From the NCBI GenBank assembly GCA_053919585.1, contig CM132795.1: a stretch of DNA of 64,000 bases; one strand, written 5' to 3'. This stretch comes from Euprymna scolopes (Eukaryota). Position numbers and translations under genes: made by a program. The notes under the pieces are model-generated. The model was not told the origin of the DNA, did no database searches, and saw only the letters and a list, made by a program, of their open reading frames with translations. Shown here one piece after another: positions 13,584 to 26,711 of the stretch; position 1 is the stretch's first letter; the number at the start of each line of letters is the position of its first letter.

Positions 13584-15258
13584 AACAGACAAATAACTAT
13601 ATTATGTGCAACCTTAATGATATAATACTTGTGACAATTTTAGTCCTTAATTCCTTGATTTAAAATTGAAGAACACCTTCGCAAAGATTCCTGTCAACAT
13701 TTATTATTTTCATTGTTTTACGACTTTGTTCAGTAGAGATGAAAGGTTTTAACAAATACAAAATCTATGGAACATGAAAACGAGACTTTAAAATGGAAGC
13801 CGAAATGACTGAAAAGGCCGAGGGATGAAAGGAAGATAAGTCTAATGAAAAGTATGTATGTCAAAGTATATTTATTTTTAACTTGTTAAGATATGCCAAG
13901 GGTTCTTTCTTGTTTGGTACGTGTATAAGCATCTTTACTTACAGTCAAGCGACTTATCATTGCTTTGTTAAAGAATTCAACCACAGGCGGATGGAATTAT
14001 TTCCACACAACTAGAATATTAGATGTGCTTTCGATAGGCTATTCAAAAAATATAAAATTAACATATTTAATTTATTTTAACCAAAACAATGATAGCGTGT
14101 GAGATGATAGTAGTGGGAATTTAAAAGAAAAAACTTCAAATTAACGAAAGACAACAAAACAGGCGTTTGTAGTTTCCCACTTGTGCGTTGAGCTCTCTGG
14201 TGAAAGAAATAACAGTTGTTACTTGGCGTAAAAGCATAACTTTTCGTAATTATAATGGAGGTCTCCAGAAACGGTTATGTAAACATATGGAATTGTAAAA
14301 TTTTATTTGAAACTAAAATGTTTGTTTCTGATTTCTTTTTTTAAAAACTTCATAAGAGTATATTTCTTAACATGAAGTTCGCCTCCACGCAAAACAATAT
14401 TTTCAAAAACCGAAACTTTATATCAACTGAGAAATCAAATTTCGTAGAAACCTTAGAAAATGTGGCTTGAGTTAAGCAAAGCATTGACTCACACATATTA
14501 CTCAATTCAATGGTGTTCAGAGGTTTATTTCTCCAGGAAATCTTTGCAGTGACACCATCAAAACTTTTATTCTCTACAAAATGCAGTTAGCCTGTCAAAG
14601 GACTACCTTTTTTGCTTGATTGTTCGTGTTCGGTTCAGTTGATGGTGACATCCAGTGTACGGCAAAAGAGTGTCTCTATAACCAATCCAACTCTCAGGGG
14701 ACGAGTAGGTCTGACAGCACATTCTCGTCTTCCCTTTCCGACAGTCAAGAGAATCACCTACTTTGTCTTTTGCTTCTCTGAGAGTTGCAATGATTCTAGC
14801 TAAGAGTAGAATAGATCACAAAGGTCAGGGGATGACCAACGGTTATCACGGTTACCATACTTTTGAGAACATGGTGGCCAATTTCTCAACATGTATATTT
14901 TATATTTTTCGCAAATAAATAATTCAAAGTGTAATAACTGATCATATATTACACTTCATATTTACTGTCTTCGGTCAGTGAAAGAAGTCTTCCTAGATTT
15001 CAGAGTGACCCGTTAAGAAGGGGGAGCGGAAGTTGATCTTACTCCCATTAAAACTGATCTTGTGTTCAAACACGTAATCATAAAAAGGCAAGTAAAAACG
15101 CAATAATCAACCTTTCATGTTTTAAGCTTTCGTCGTCGGCCAATATTAAGTCATTTTCAACAATCTTACAACGACAAATTGTATAAGGAAGGAGAAAAAA
15201 TGAAGTGAAGACATTGATATAAAAAAATAAAAATGGCGACAAAATGGCGGATACTTAC

Positions 15259-15329
15259 GCTTCAGCAGCCTCTAAACGGGCTTCTGCACGCTCAAGGTCA
15301 ACTTCTGTAATGGCCAGCTTACGGGCAGC
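15259..15329 (-). CDS. TPM: Tropomyosin exon, residues 165-188 (71 nt, single copy here)
   Basis: cttatacag|GCT...GAAGC|gtaagt; AARKLAITEVDLERAEARLEAAE(A). Confidence 0.97.
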
Positions 15330-16439
15330 CTGTATAAGAAATATGCGTTAATACTTTGTCTCTGGAGATTTGCAGTTAGTAATGTATTGTTTTTAATACT
15401 TTTTTTTCTACATATATTAGTTTAACGCACACAAACTATCATTCAATTTAACATGCATGTTTAATTATTATTGTTCAACTAATATTTTAAAACAACACCA
15501 TGCATTTTTTTTAAACCGTCATTAAGTATATTTTAAAATATTGTTGAAATTCGTTGTAATATTAATATAATTACTAAAATTGCAGTTTGATGCATTCAAT
15601 GGTTTTCATCTATTCCCATATCGGCTATCTCTCCATTTTAAAATTTTAAAGTTTTTTTTTTCTTTTCTTTTAAATACTTCTGCAAAAACGAAACATCTGC
15701 AGAATTTACCCTAACCCCGTTACGAATTTTGCATATAACGTAAAAATAGAAACGAAAGCTAATGGCGGAAGTAATAGAATAGAATTCTGTTGAATGAAAA
15801 TTAATTATCCTTATTCCAATTCTCCTATGAAAACTTCATTATAGATAATCAACGCTTTAAAAGGAAAAACAATTATTTAATTTTAATCAAGTGTTAAAAA
15901 ATAAAAATATTAGTGTCGCCTATTTCACTCATTTGAAAAAAGTGAACGCCTCATCAAAAAGAGAGAACGCTATGAGCGAGTTAATGGTGACACTCTGAGG
16001 CAGTGAGAAATTTTTATTATTTTGTAATCTAGCTTCTTCAGACAGGTTATGCCATATAGAATTTCCCAATATCTAGAGTGTGTGACGTCATTGATTTGGT
16101 TAATATGAAATCATATTGACTTTATATTTATAATCATTATAAAACACTAGCAAAACCATATGACAAGCATACACTACAGTGCTCCTTCAAAAGCGTGCGT
16201 AACGCATGACAATATGATGTCGTTACAACAAATATATTAATCTACTATCCTCCCAAAAAGAGAGGTAATGCACGGGAGGATGGTACCATAACAGAATAAA
16301 TACTACACTACCTCCCTTTGAATTAAACACCGAAAGATTGTACAGTAATATGTTTCAGTATTAAGCTAAAATAGTAAACTGAATTGAACATTTTGGTTTC
16401 AGACAGATACCAAACCTCCATTATTAATATATAAATACA

Positions 16440-16484
<45 letters not shown>

Positions 16485-17509
16485 AGGAGGAGATAGAGCA
16501 TGATGGAACTGCGCTCAAATGTTTATATAAATTGACATTTGAGATGTTATTTCCGAGTGCTTCTCCCGTTGACCTAATGGTGACGATTATCAACTCGATG
16601 GTTGAAGGTTTAATCACATTATGTGTGAGAGAGAGGGAAACCAAACGTATTGAATTAGTCAAACTGCAATTGAAAATTTCTATAAACATTTTAAAAATTG
16701 CATCCCAAATAATGAAAGGATCAACAGATAAAAACAACTATTTTTATGTCTTCTATGGAAGATCCAAAACGTTTTACAGATTTAATGATAGAAAAAAAAA
16801 AATTGTAAAAATATTATTCATTAATAAAATTAGCCAGCAAGCATATTGAATAGTTTCAAATCAGAAATAAAATGTATTAAGTGTGTCAATAATTTTAATT
16901 ACAAAAACAAAGTTATGTAAAGTTGGATTAAAAAATCTTTTTCTCATTTTTATTTCAAATAAATGTAATAGTTGTCGAACGTACTAATATCGATGAAGAT
17001 AAATTGATTTTTTACATCGTCTAATATTCGTGGTAGTAAAACTAAAGCGAGTATGGATAGTTAATCATAAATGATATCGGAACGACAAATAAAGGAGTCT
17101 TTATATATTCAAGTACAGATAAACTCAAACTCACGGAAATCCACAATCATAGCCGATTGCAAATCTACGTAAAGATTGTAACTTTTAGCACGATCAAAAG
17201 GAAAGTATGCAAAAATGTATTTTGCTTTGGGATTTTTAATAATATTCGATAAATATAAAATAATGATAAAGAATGTCAATATTTATTCAATATCGATCTT
17301 TTAAAGCTGAATAATTATGTTTTTTTTTCATTTGAAAATATTCGATAGGCTGGCTGGAAATTAAAAATAATCGTAACACACAAGACTCATTGAAATTAAA
17401 GACGTACAGTTCTGCATCATTTCGGGAAATTCTAAATGAAAAGTTGTTATCCGAAAATCGAAAAGCTTCCTTCAAATTTGAATACAGATTGTAAAGAGTG
17501 AGAGAAGAG

Positions 17510-17570
<61 letters not shown>

Positions 17571-19404
17571 AACTACTTAGGATAATAACATATAAATAAG
17601 TAACACAATTTAGATAGCTCAATAGCGCAATACTAGAGCTATAAATATTTCTTAAAGTGCCACGTTACAAGGAATAGACAATGATACAGTAAATCATTTT
17701 CAATATATTGGTCTTTTATTAGTAACAACTTACGTATAAATGGTATACAATTATATAACGGTTCATTGATTATACTTTTGCACAACAGAGCCTCTCCTCA
17801 GCGCAAAGCAAGAACCAATTATTAAAAATGCTTTCCATCCTACGAACAGGATTCTGTTATTAACACGGCCAGTATTAATTTTTTTCATCCATCATATGAC
17901 TATTAAAAGTGTCAAGCATACGTTATAGACATTTTATCATAAGAGACACTTAGATTTAGACAAAAGTTTAAATCATCATAGTCTGGAAGAATTTCTCCTT
18001 CACTGACAAAACAGAAAATAAGTATAGCATCAGAACAGACATTACACTTTGCTCCTGGCCAAAATGCCAAGGAAGCTCATTTTTTGTCATTTACCGTATG
18101 CTTATATTGATTAAATGTATATTTCCCTTCCCTAGTTCCTTAGAAGGGTCACATCAGGATTTCGCATATCCCCTTACGGCAGTTACAACGGTTAAAAGAA
18201 CCAATTCCTAAATAATAAGCGATTGATCAGTGTACCGAGTCGGGTGGGCGTTGTACAACCATCACCACAAAAGAAGACAACAAACATCGCATGTGTCATT
18301 TTGTCCTTGGAAGTGACGAAAAAAAATTTTTATAAGTAGACAACATTCAATTTGATGATGCAACCACGTAAATAACACAGGTAGATTTAGTTGCATAGTG
18401 TTAAGAATGTCGTGCGGGCTGTCGCGTCATAGAATACTTGAACTCCAGTCAAGCATTACGCATTGCTTATCATGAGGACACGTCAAATAAAACCAGCAAA
18501 TCATTACCGAGCAGATTTTAGCACTTAACTAAGCCAGCAGTGCGTTGAATTACAGCCGGAATTTCAGGACTTGATGAACGTTGTCTTCACAATCCAATTA
18601 AAACCGTCTGACGACTGGCTAGAGACGCCGGTTATTGTGGAAGATAACCTTTCTCTAAAAGAATAGAGGTAGCTAATAAAATTATTAACCTAAATACTCC
18701 CGATAAAATAGACTGGAAGCAAAATCCCACCTCTTCACTGTAAAAGTTCTCAGAGGACGGAAATCTTATTTTCTATTCTTTATTCACCCCAAACAAGGCA
18801 TATTGCCGCTTTGACGTAAGGGGTGACTATTTGGCACAATGTCTTCAGAGGCACTATGTAGAGGTGAGCAGAAAAATGCCTTTTCACGTTATATTTATAT
18901 TTCTACATGTTAGGAAAGCAGGAAACAGTGTGGGAATTCCGAAGAAAGAAACTATTAGAATGCAAGACTTTCCGGCATCTAGTGGCCTCTACAGTGGAGG
19001 CCCGGAATTCTGCCGCTGTCGGGTTAATCGGGGGTATTTACGTCGATAAGCCTCAGGTGCTCTTTTGATTATTTGATTTCTAAATAAAATAAACTTTTTT
19101 CTATTTGTGATTCTAACCAATTTTTGGTCATTACAAAGTTTTAACTGAATAGTAAAAAAACAAAATAAATTTAATTACATAATCCGGGATTTCATGTGTT
19201 AATTCTACTTGTTTCACTCTTTAATTCTCTATAAATGAGTACCAGATTGGTTATTGGGATAAAGCTGTGTTTATATATAGAAATGAATGACATGCTCCTT
19301 TGTCTACAGACAAAAGCTTCGAAAAAAATAGATCAGTAGTCTCATGTTTGTTTTGTTTTATAGTAAATCTTACAAGCCTTCATGGGTAATATTTTTCTTT
19401 ATAC

Positions 19405-19815
19405 TGTAGGTCTGCAGTCCTTGGAAGGCTGCAGGCACCGAGGAAGTGCCTTGAAGGATGATACAAAAGTAATGAGGAGCGGTGAGACCAGCAGTGAAAG
19501 AAGGGAGAATACAGACGGAAACGGTCTGCATCAGAGCTCTGAGAATCAGACGCCACGAATATCTGTGGCATCTGCAACAGAGCTTGTAGATCCAGAATAG
19601 GCTTGTACAGTCATAGTAGACGCTGCAATGCAATTAACCAATGGACAAAGCATCAGTGCTCTCAGAACCAGACACCACCAATATTTGTGACATCTGCAAC
19701 AGAGCCTGTAGATCTAGAATAGGCTTGCACAGTTAGAGCAGATGCTGTAACTTAGCAACGGACTGGTCTGAAGTGCATAACTCCATTTTCCCCAGACAGA
19801 CGAATACCAACAAAA
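19405..19815 (+). mobile_element. RTE-type LINE 3' fragment with tandemly duplicated C-terminal Cys/His motif
   Basis: Reading frames with stops give TNICGICNRACRSRIGLYSHSRRCN and again TNICDICNRACRSRIGLHS*SRCCN about 122 bp later. Confidence 0.75.
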
Positions 19816-20293
19816 ATACTTATAGAGTCCGAAATTCACTATAGAAAAAGCAATAAAAAAATTATCTCGTACCTTTAATTGGTTAAATGCTACTTCAGAT
19901 TGAAGTGTCATCTAGAACATTTTCACAACGATATTCTTTTTCTTTTCAAAATCAATTGCAAAATAATTGTACATAAAAATAGAAAACGAGGCTAACTGCT
20001 ACTTTTAATGAACATTAAAAGCAGTCGCCATTATAATTTCAAATCCAGAGAAATAAACAAACAAAGACGAACAAGAAGCAACAGCGATAAGATTTGCGAT
20101 ATGATCAACAAAGGCGGCAGTAATGGCGACCATGATGCTTAGCCAAAGATGTGTAGCCATTATTTTAAAAAGAGGCCAAAGCTGCTGGTCATATTTTAAT
20201 CCAAATAAACCATTAAAAAGCCAGTAGTCAATCAAATTTATGTAGCCAGTTAAAAAAAAAAGGTGCTTAGTTAGAATTAAACTTATTTAAAAC

Positions 20294-20570
20294 ACGGCAT
20301 AATCATATTGACACACCGGTTCTTGTTAGATCACGGGTTAAGCAACGTTGAGGCTGGTCACTACCAGATTAGTGACCAATTTGGGAATTTTAGGCGCTGT
20401 ATGTAGGAGGATGTCGACATCTCCCTGCAAGAGTTGCAAAAACCTAACGCCATCATCTCCCCTAACAGGAATATACATGTGACTGGGCCGCTTGTGAATT
20501 TCATACTCCCATAAAACTTCTTCATTTGGAGGAAGTCGGTTAAACCCGCATAGGGTTAGCGTCGTTTCCA
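20294..20570 (+). mobile_element. 5S rRNA-headed SINE-like element
   Basis: 20294-20404 resembles mollusc 5S (CACCGGTTCT..GATCAC..GTTAAGCAACG..GTGACC..TGGGAAT..GCTGTA) with many substitutions, followed by a non-5S body; 3' boundary approximate. Confidence 0.75.
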
Positions 20571-23473
20571 TTTTTTTTTTTTTAATTATTTAAAAAGAAA
20601 AACTTAATAGCAAAAACATCTGTATAATGTATGCAATCGTCACGGAACGAAGACGTCATATTCTCAAATATCATTTAAATTGATCAAATTTTGTTTTTTA
20701 TATAGAGAAAATCATTTGTTTGCGAATTTTAGCGATTATGATAGGAAATTGTAGCCATTAGAATACTGATTTTGATCTTGACGGTTCGGATTGAATTGCT
20801 CTCCTCTTATTTATTAAACATGTTGGTTCAAAACATGACGTCTCACTTCATCATAAAATTTGATTTTCTCTGTTAAAAAAAAAATGTCACTTTACGTGAT
20901 TTTTGGAATATGACGTTTGAATGCCGTGGGGGATACGTACATAAAAGTTGTTGAATAATCATTTTTTTCTGTATTTGTTTATTTAAAAAATGTTTTTAAT
21001 TCTAAATAAGCACCAAAAATAGAGCGGAAGCGGAAGTAGTTGAAAGCAGTCTAATAGGAAGTATTTAATCATTTTTTAAGCATATGATTATTTAAGATTT
21101 TCATATTTTCTTTAGCGTTTATGGATGGGGTTACGTCTCCTGCATTTTATCAGCAAACATACTGTTAAGTTTTTTTTTAATGCTTTATTAAAATCCAGGA
21201 CACATTTCGCTTAATAATTAAACTTTCAAAATACGTTTTCAGTGAGTCTTTCTATAATGAATTAATACATTTAAATATAACAAACAAACAGCAAAAAAAG
21301 CAAACAAGAAAAATCACAACGATAATGTTAATAATTAATCATAATAATAATTATGTAATAATAATTATAAATAATAATTGTAATAATAGTGAAAACATAA
21401 AATTAATAAGTACATAGAATTCAATTATAAAATATTAATTAGACAAAACTGTAAAAATAAAGGTTAAAATATCATTTAAAAAGCAGAGATTTTTAAAAAG
21501 GGAAGACATTTAATCAAATATAATGAATTAAAAATAAAAACGTTTACAAATTAAAAATAAACATTGATTAAGTTTAAATAAAAATTGATGTTCTTTTAAA
21601 TAAATAAAAAACTGAAATTAGTTATTCTGGAGGTTTTCAACGAAATGTTGGTACCACTAGTGGATTAGAGACAATACACTGAAAAGTAAGTACAAGTTAA
21701 ATTGGTATCCTGGATAATAAGGCTTGGAATAATTACAGTACATATTATCGAAGAATCAGTGGAAAATTTCAAAGATTTAAACTGAGTTGGGTGTTTGTGT
21801 CTGAATTGTGTTTGTGGGCGCTATTTCTAAGCGATTAGATATAAGAACGTGAAATTTAATAAAAAATGATCTGTTAGCGATCATATTAAGGGAGCATATG
21901 AGCCAGTGAGATACATCTCTTGGCTATTCTGTAACAGAGAGCGGACGCACGTATGGCAGTTGGATGCAAATGACCGAGCTCTGACACCACGACAAGGATG
22001 ACGAAAAAAAGAATATGTGTGCGGACCAGAAATCACGCTCGGAAATCACGTCAGAGAATCACGCTCGGAAATCACGTCAAAGAAGAACAGAGCTAGATGT
22101 GTTACGCACGGTGGTCGAGAGCGACAAAAATAAAAAAGAATTGTAAATAAATGTTTGCAAATGTCAGTTGTTTCACTAAGGAAAAAAAGTCAGGCGAGTT
22201 ATTCACTTTTTATGTTTCTTGCGACGGAGTTTACAACCTGTTGGGTCCTTACATGTTAACAGCTTTAAATGTGCGTAATCATGCGTAACATTACAATCCG
22301 CCCAACTTGAAATAAGTAAACTCGAGAACATTGGACCAATTCTTTTTGTAATTCGGAACTGGGATACCATGTAGCAGTGCGAATAACAGAGGCTACGTAT
22401 AATAATACTAGAGTATACTCTCCTTCGAAAATGGTGAAAATAAATTGTTTCGTCAATGTTCGCACTAATACCCTTATAAAACTATAGAATCATGCCAGTA
22501 ATTCAAATTTTCATGTATAAATTATCAATCATTTTTGACGATATTAAAAAAATAAAAAAATCACTCGTTGATATTTTATCTATAATGGAGGTTCCCCTTC
22601 CCTCGAATTTATTTCGGACATTGAGGATGTCTAACATGTTATTTGCTTTCTCGATTCTCCTTACAATTTGAAATAGTTTTGTCCAGCACTTTTTACCCAC
22701 ATTATCGTGGTAAAATCGAAGTACACAAACACACATACACACATATAGCAATATCAATCAGGGTTTTATCACTCAATGAAGCACCCCACCATGGACTTTA
22801 TTCATCTATCTCTGTCTATATATATATACATATAGATTATAGATTACATTTTGTCTCTAATTTTCACTGAAATTGATATGCTATAATGTGATTTTATTAT
22901 TATTTTGATAAATATATTTTGGGAAAAGGATGTGGTTCCCGAAATATAAAAAAATATTCCAATCCAGGATCTTAAGAATATCAACAGTAGATCTTATATT
23001 TACTGATATTGTATGTGGTAAATGTATCGAAAATTAAATGGATAATTGTGAAGATTTATGTCTAAAATATTATCTTCGGTTTTAAGTTTTCGCTTATTTT
23101 TTTCACCATTCCGTTTTGTTTTTGTTTCGTTTTTTTTTGCATTGCTATCATCCTTCATAAATATCCATATACTTATTTACCTGCAATGCTGCAAGCAAAC
23201 TACCCTTTAAATGCAAGAATTTTAGTAATACAGAGTAAACATTTCTGTATTTTGCCTTATTTTTCACTAAGTCGCTCATCCTGGCAAGGCTGAGTGCACA
23301 CACACAAACACGCATCACACACTCTCAATGCTCCTTATCTTGAGTTGAGCATATTGAGAAGTGATACACGATATAGGGTTAGCGTATTAAGCGATGCTCT
23401 TTGTGTAAACAAATCGAGCTTAGGGATTCGGACGATGTCAAAAACATCGTTAATTCACTGCCCGCACATCAGC

Positions 23474-23596
23474 TGCTGATTGGTGTAGTGGTTCAAAGCC
23501 TTGACTGTCATACGGGCGGTCGGGTTTCGATCCTGGCTTGAGTAGTTGCATGTCTAGCCGCACTGATGAGCTGTGATACAGCGAAACAGTACTGTT
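23474..23596 (+). mobile_element. tRNA-headed SINE-like element ending in a hammerhead ribozyme core
   Basis: A-box TGGTGTAGTGG (23481), B-box GGTTTCGATCC (23523), then CTGATGA-GCTGT-gat-ACAGC-GAAA-CAG-ta-CTG-TT (23563-23596). Confidence 0.75.
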
Positions 23597-24074
23597 TAAA
23601 CTTAACTCCCGTTTCCTCTACAGATTTTGGTCCTTAACTGAAAGAGATTGTGTAACGTAATTCAGTTCAAATCGCAAAAAATGTGTAATAATGTAAGTAA
23701 ATTTCAAAAGTCTGAAAATATTAGGGTTCATTTAAGAGGGTAAAAGTCTAAATTATGACTACGTTAAGGAAAGGATTTTGTTTTAATTGGATATCAGTGT
23801 TTTCAAAATTGTTCAATGTTTTAACACATTAGGATTTTACTAAGAAAGTTAGTATTGTTCATTAGTCTCATTCGTGTGTATGTTACCAATTTGTTGGCTT
23901 ATAGCAACTTTGATCTGATAAATGACGAGCTTGTCTAAAAGGTGCTGTATGTGGAAGAAAGGTGAAACCTTTGAAAAAAATACCTAAAAATGTCTTTAGC
24001 ATGTACTCCAGCATAACTTGCTAATCTACACGTGTTGACAAAGTGGAACAATCGCCGCGTGTGACGAAGTTCTC

Positions 24075-24655
24075 CGTAAAAAATTTACAATTGGGAGCAA
24101 TTTGAAGTATAGACAACAAAAGAAAAACTCGTAAAAAAACATATAACAAATAAATGTTACTAAAAGCAAACTAAGTTGCCTTTCTACCTGCTTAAATAAA
24201 CGTTTTGTGTTTTAACTTTTTAAAATGTTTAAAAAGAAAGCGTAGAAAAAAAATGGCTGACATTAGACATTCATCTGAAGAGTCAATAATCGCTCAAAAA
24301 TAGAAAATCAGATAAAATACTGGTAGAAACCCACCCAATAAATATCACGGCGACATTTATTGGGTAATTTTTCTACTAGTATTTAGTTTAATTTTCGATT
24401 TTTGAGCTATTACCGATATTCCCCAGATAACTGTATAATTTCAGGCATTTTTTCCTTGTTCTGACACAAAGATTCGATATTACTTTTCAAAGTAAATAAA
24501 CACTTTCAAATAAGTTAAAACACAAAAATATTCAGATAGAGAAAAGAGTAACTTATCTTGCTTTTGGTAACATTTATTTGTTACATATTTGGTTTGTTTT
24601 TTTTTTACTATTTTTTTGTCTGTTTATACAGTAAAATGCCCCAATTTGTTTTATA
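24075..24655. mobile_element. ~580-bp foldback/MITE-like element
   Basis: Long imperfect inverted arms, e.g. ATAACAAATAAATGTTACTAAAAGCAA vs TTGCTTTTGGTAACATTTATTTGTTAC, and CCCAATAAAT vs ATTTATTGGG at the centre. Confidence 0.75.
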
Positions 24656-25094
24656 TTTTTTACTTTTTATTTATTTCTTTTAGTCAACAAAATTTGGTTT
24701 TGCTGAATTTTATTTTATTTGATAGAAATTATCCACTGATCTTTCATAGATAAACAAATTTTTGTCAACAAAATTGTACATGCATTGTCATCACAATTCA
24801 AGCAGTTTAACTCCATGCTGTAAATCTAGTTCTATTTGCTATCTGCATTGTATTTCTTTTTTGTTCAATTATTTTTAAAGAACAAAATTTCTTTTTCTTT
24901 TTTCAAATCAAAGTCGAGAGATCTTTGATTTTTTAAAAACTGCTAGGCAAGCAAATTTTTTTTTCTGTTCAAAGCAATTCCAAACTTTGCTACTAAATTT
25001 CTTTTTTTTTTTTTAGTTTGTTTTTCAAAAATAGCATTTTGCCAAAAAAAATTTTTTTTGCATCAGACTGGCACAGCAAACGCCATGCTGTCAC

Positions 25095-25212
25095 CTCGTC
25101 AAACTTCCGGTCAGCATCTTCAGCGATCCATTTGGCTTCTTCTAACTGTTTCTCCAGCAAGTCAATGCGTTCCTCATCTCCTTGGCTTCTGTTCTCCAAT
25201 ACTTTGCGCCCT
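25095..25212 (-). CDS. TPM: Tropomyosin alternative exon 125-164, variant D, canonical muscle type (118 nt)
   Basis: ctccactag|A GGG...GAG|gtgaca; (R)[39 protein letters not shown]. Confidence 0.97.
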
Positions 25213-25511
25213 CTAGTGGAGCAGAACAGACATGGCTCATAAGTTCAAAAGATAGGTATAAAGGATTATTTTTAGAAAAAAAAAAAAAAAAAAAGGAAAA
25301 AAACGCAAGCGACGCTGGAGGGGAGGTAGATTATTAGTCATGTTAAAAAAAGTAATTAAAGATCATGAACCAAGTAGTCACTGTGGTGATTGTCACATAT
25401 TTTAAACGCACGCAATGCAACGCTTTGGTGGAGGGTCTAGCAGCGACAGTAAGGTATGGGGAAAGGTTCAAGGGGGCGTGGTCATGCTTTATACTTGGCG
25501 CGTGCAATCAC

Positions 25512-25629
25512 CTCATCGAATTTGTGATCAGTTTCTTCAGCAATATATTTCGCTTCTTTGAGTTCAGCCTCAAGCGCGTCGATCCTCTCGTCGTCAACTT
25601 GAGTGCGACTTTCTAGTACCTTTAGCGCT
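25512..25629 (-). CDS. TPM: Tropomyosin alternative exon 125-164, variant C (118 nt)
   Basis: tgctcgcag|A GCG...GAG|gtgatt; (R)ALKVLESRTQVDDERIDALEAELKEAKYIAEETDHKFDE. Confidence 0.92.
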
Positions 25630-25865
25630 CTGCGAGCAGATGTGGAAGAAAGAGTAAGATCTTTAAAAAAGCAGCTCGCAGTTGGAGGGGCCTGGGATCG
25701 GGATAGGTAGGTCAAGAAAAAGGGTGTGTTGATCCTTAATCATACTTATTGCAGACCCTTCAGCCATACAACTGTGAGGATATAGATGGTCATCTAATAA
25801 CCCTTATTGAGAATATTTTTTTTTTGTAATCAAAAAACGTGTTGGCAATATCCAGTAATTATTAA

Positions 25866-26095
25866 CCCTTAACCGCCAGAATCTTTTTTATGCAATTAAT
25901 AATTTTTTAAACATGAAACTCACACGTGACAGAAGTTAACATGCAACTGACGCACGGACATAAACAAAGCCCTCATTCACTTGTTGAACCATACATAGAC
26001 CTTTACTTTGAAGACCAGTTGGGTTGACAAGCCATAAGAGTAAGAAATATCGTTTTTAGAAAGGCGACTTGAAAGTACAATTTGGCGGTAAAGGG
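25866..26095. mobile_element. piggyBac-type MITE (230 bp)
   Basis: TTAA|CCCTTAACCGCCA ... TGGCGGTAAAGGG|TTAA: terminal inverted repeats with TTAA duplication. Confidence 0.8.
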
Positions 26096-26356
26096 TTAAC
26101 AATGCTGTGATCTGAGGCCCAGGTTCAATCCCCACCCAGCGTTCGGTCCCTCATCTGTTTGCAATTCTATCCCTATTTTGAATATTTGGTGAACGATTAT
26201 CTCAGCTTCTTTTCCTAATGTAAAGCAGTACTTTGATAATAAACAATACATCTAAATGAATAAATGAGAACGTTTTTTTATTCCTTCGAAAAAGATCAAA
26301 ACTAATTTAAAATCATTAAATACCATTCTAAAGTTCTCTCAATATTGCTAATTAAC

Positions 26357-26711
26357 CAGCGGCGTAGTAAGGATGGGGGAATTAGTTGCGATCCGCCCTG
26401 GGCGTCACGTGCCGGGAGCGACATTTTGAAGGGATAAAAAAAGCAAAAAAAAAAAAAAAATTAAAATAATTAAAAAAAATAACAAAAACATCTAGACATT
26501 TTATACCAAAATGAGTTTTTTTTTTAAAATATTTTTGTATTTTGTGTCTAATACTATTTTTAAACGGAATTAAAGATCCTTGATTGTAATTTCATGAAAA
26601 TAAATATTTTAGGGCCTCCTAGAATTTTTAAGGTTAACAGATTATCAACAGCCAGCAGGGGTGCAAATCTTACGACCGCATCGGGTGGCAAAAATAGTTG
26701 CTACGCCACTA
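26357..26711. mobile_element. hAT-type MITE (355 bp)
   Basis: TIRs CAGCGGCGTAG / CTACGCCACTA, flanked by an exact 8-bp duplication TAATTAAC (26349-26356, 26712-26719). Confidence 0.85.

Noticed and set aside
14758-14799. Minus-strand AG...GT-bounded segment reading LESLQLSEKQKTK*, faintly like [10 protein letters not shown]
   Set aside because: Only 42 nt, wrong phase for the upstream exon and ends in a stop; probably coincidence.
20294-20404. Functional 5S rRNA gene
   Set aside because: Many substitutions and indels, no oligo-T terminator at the 5S end, not tandem, and joined to a repeat body.
21872-22261. Solo LTR (TGT...ACA ends, AATAAA, internal ~25-bp duplication)
   Set aside because: No matching target-site duplication found and no second copy in the window; left uncalled.
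23474-23545. Functional tRNA-Asp gene
   Set aside because: Anticodon and acceptor stems pair poorly and the sequence runs into a hammerhead module; treated as a SINE head.
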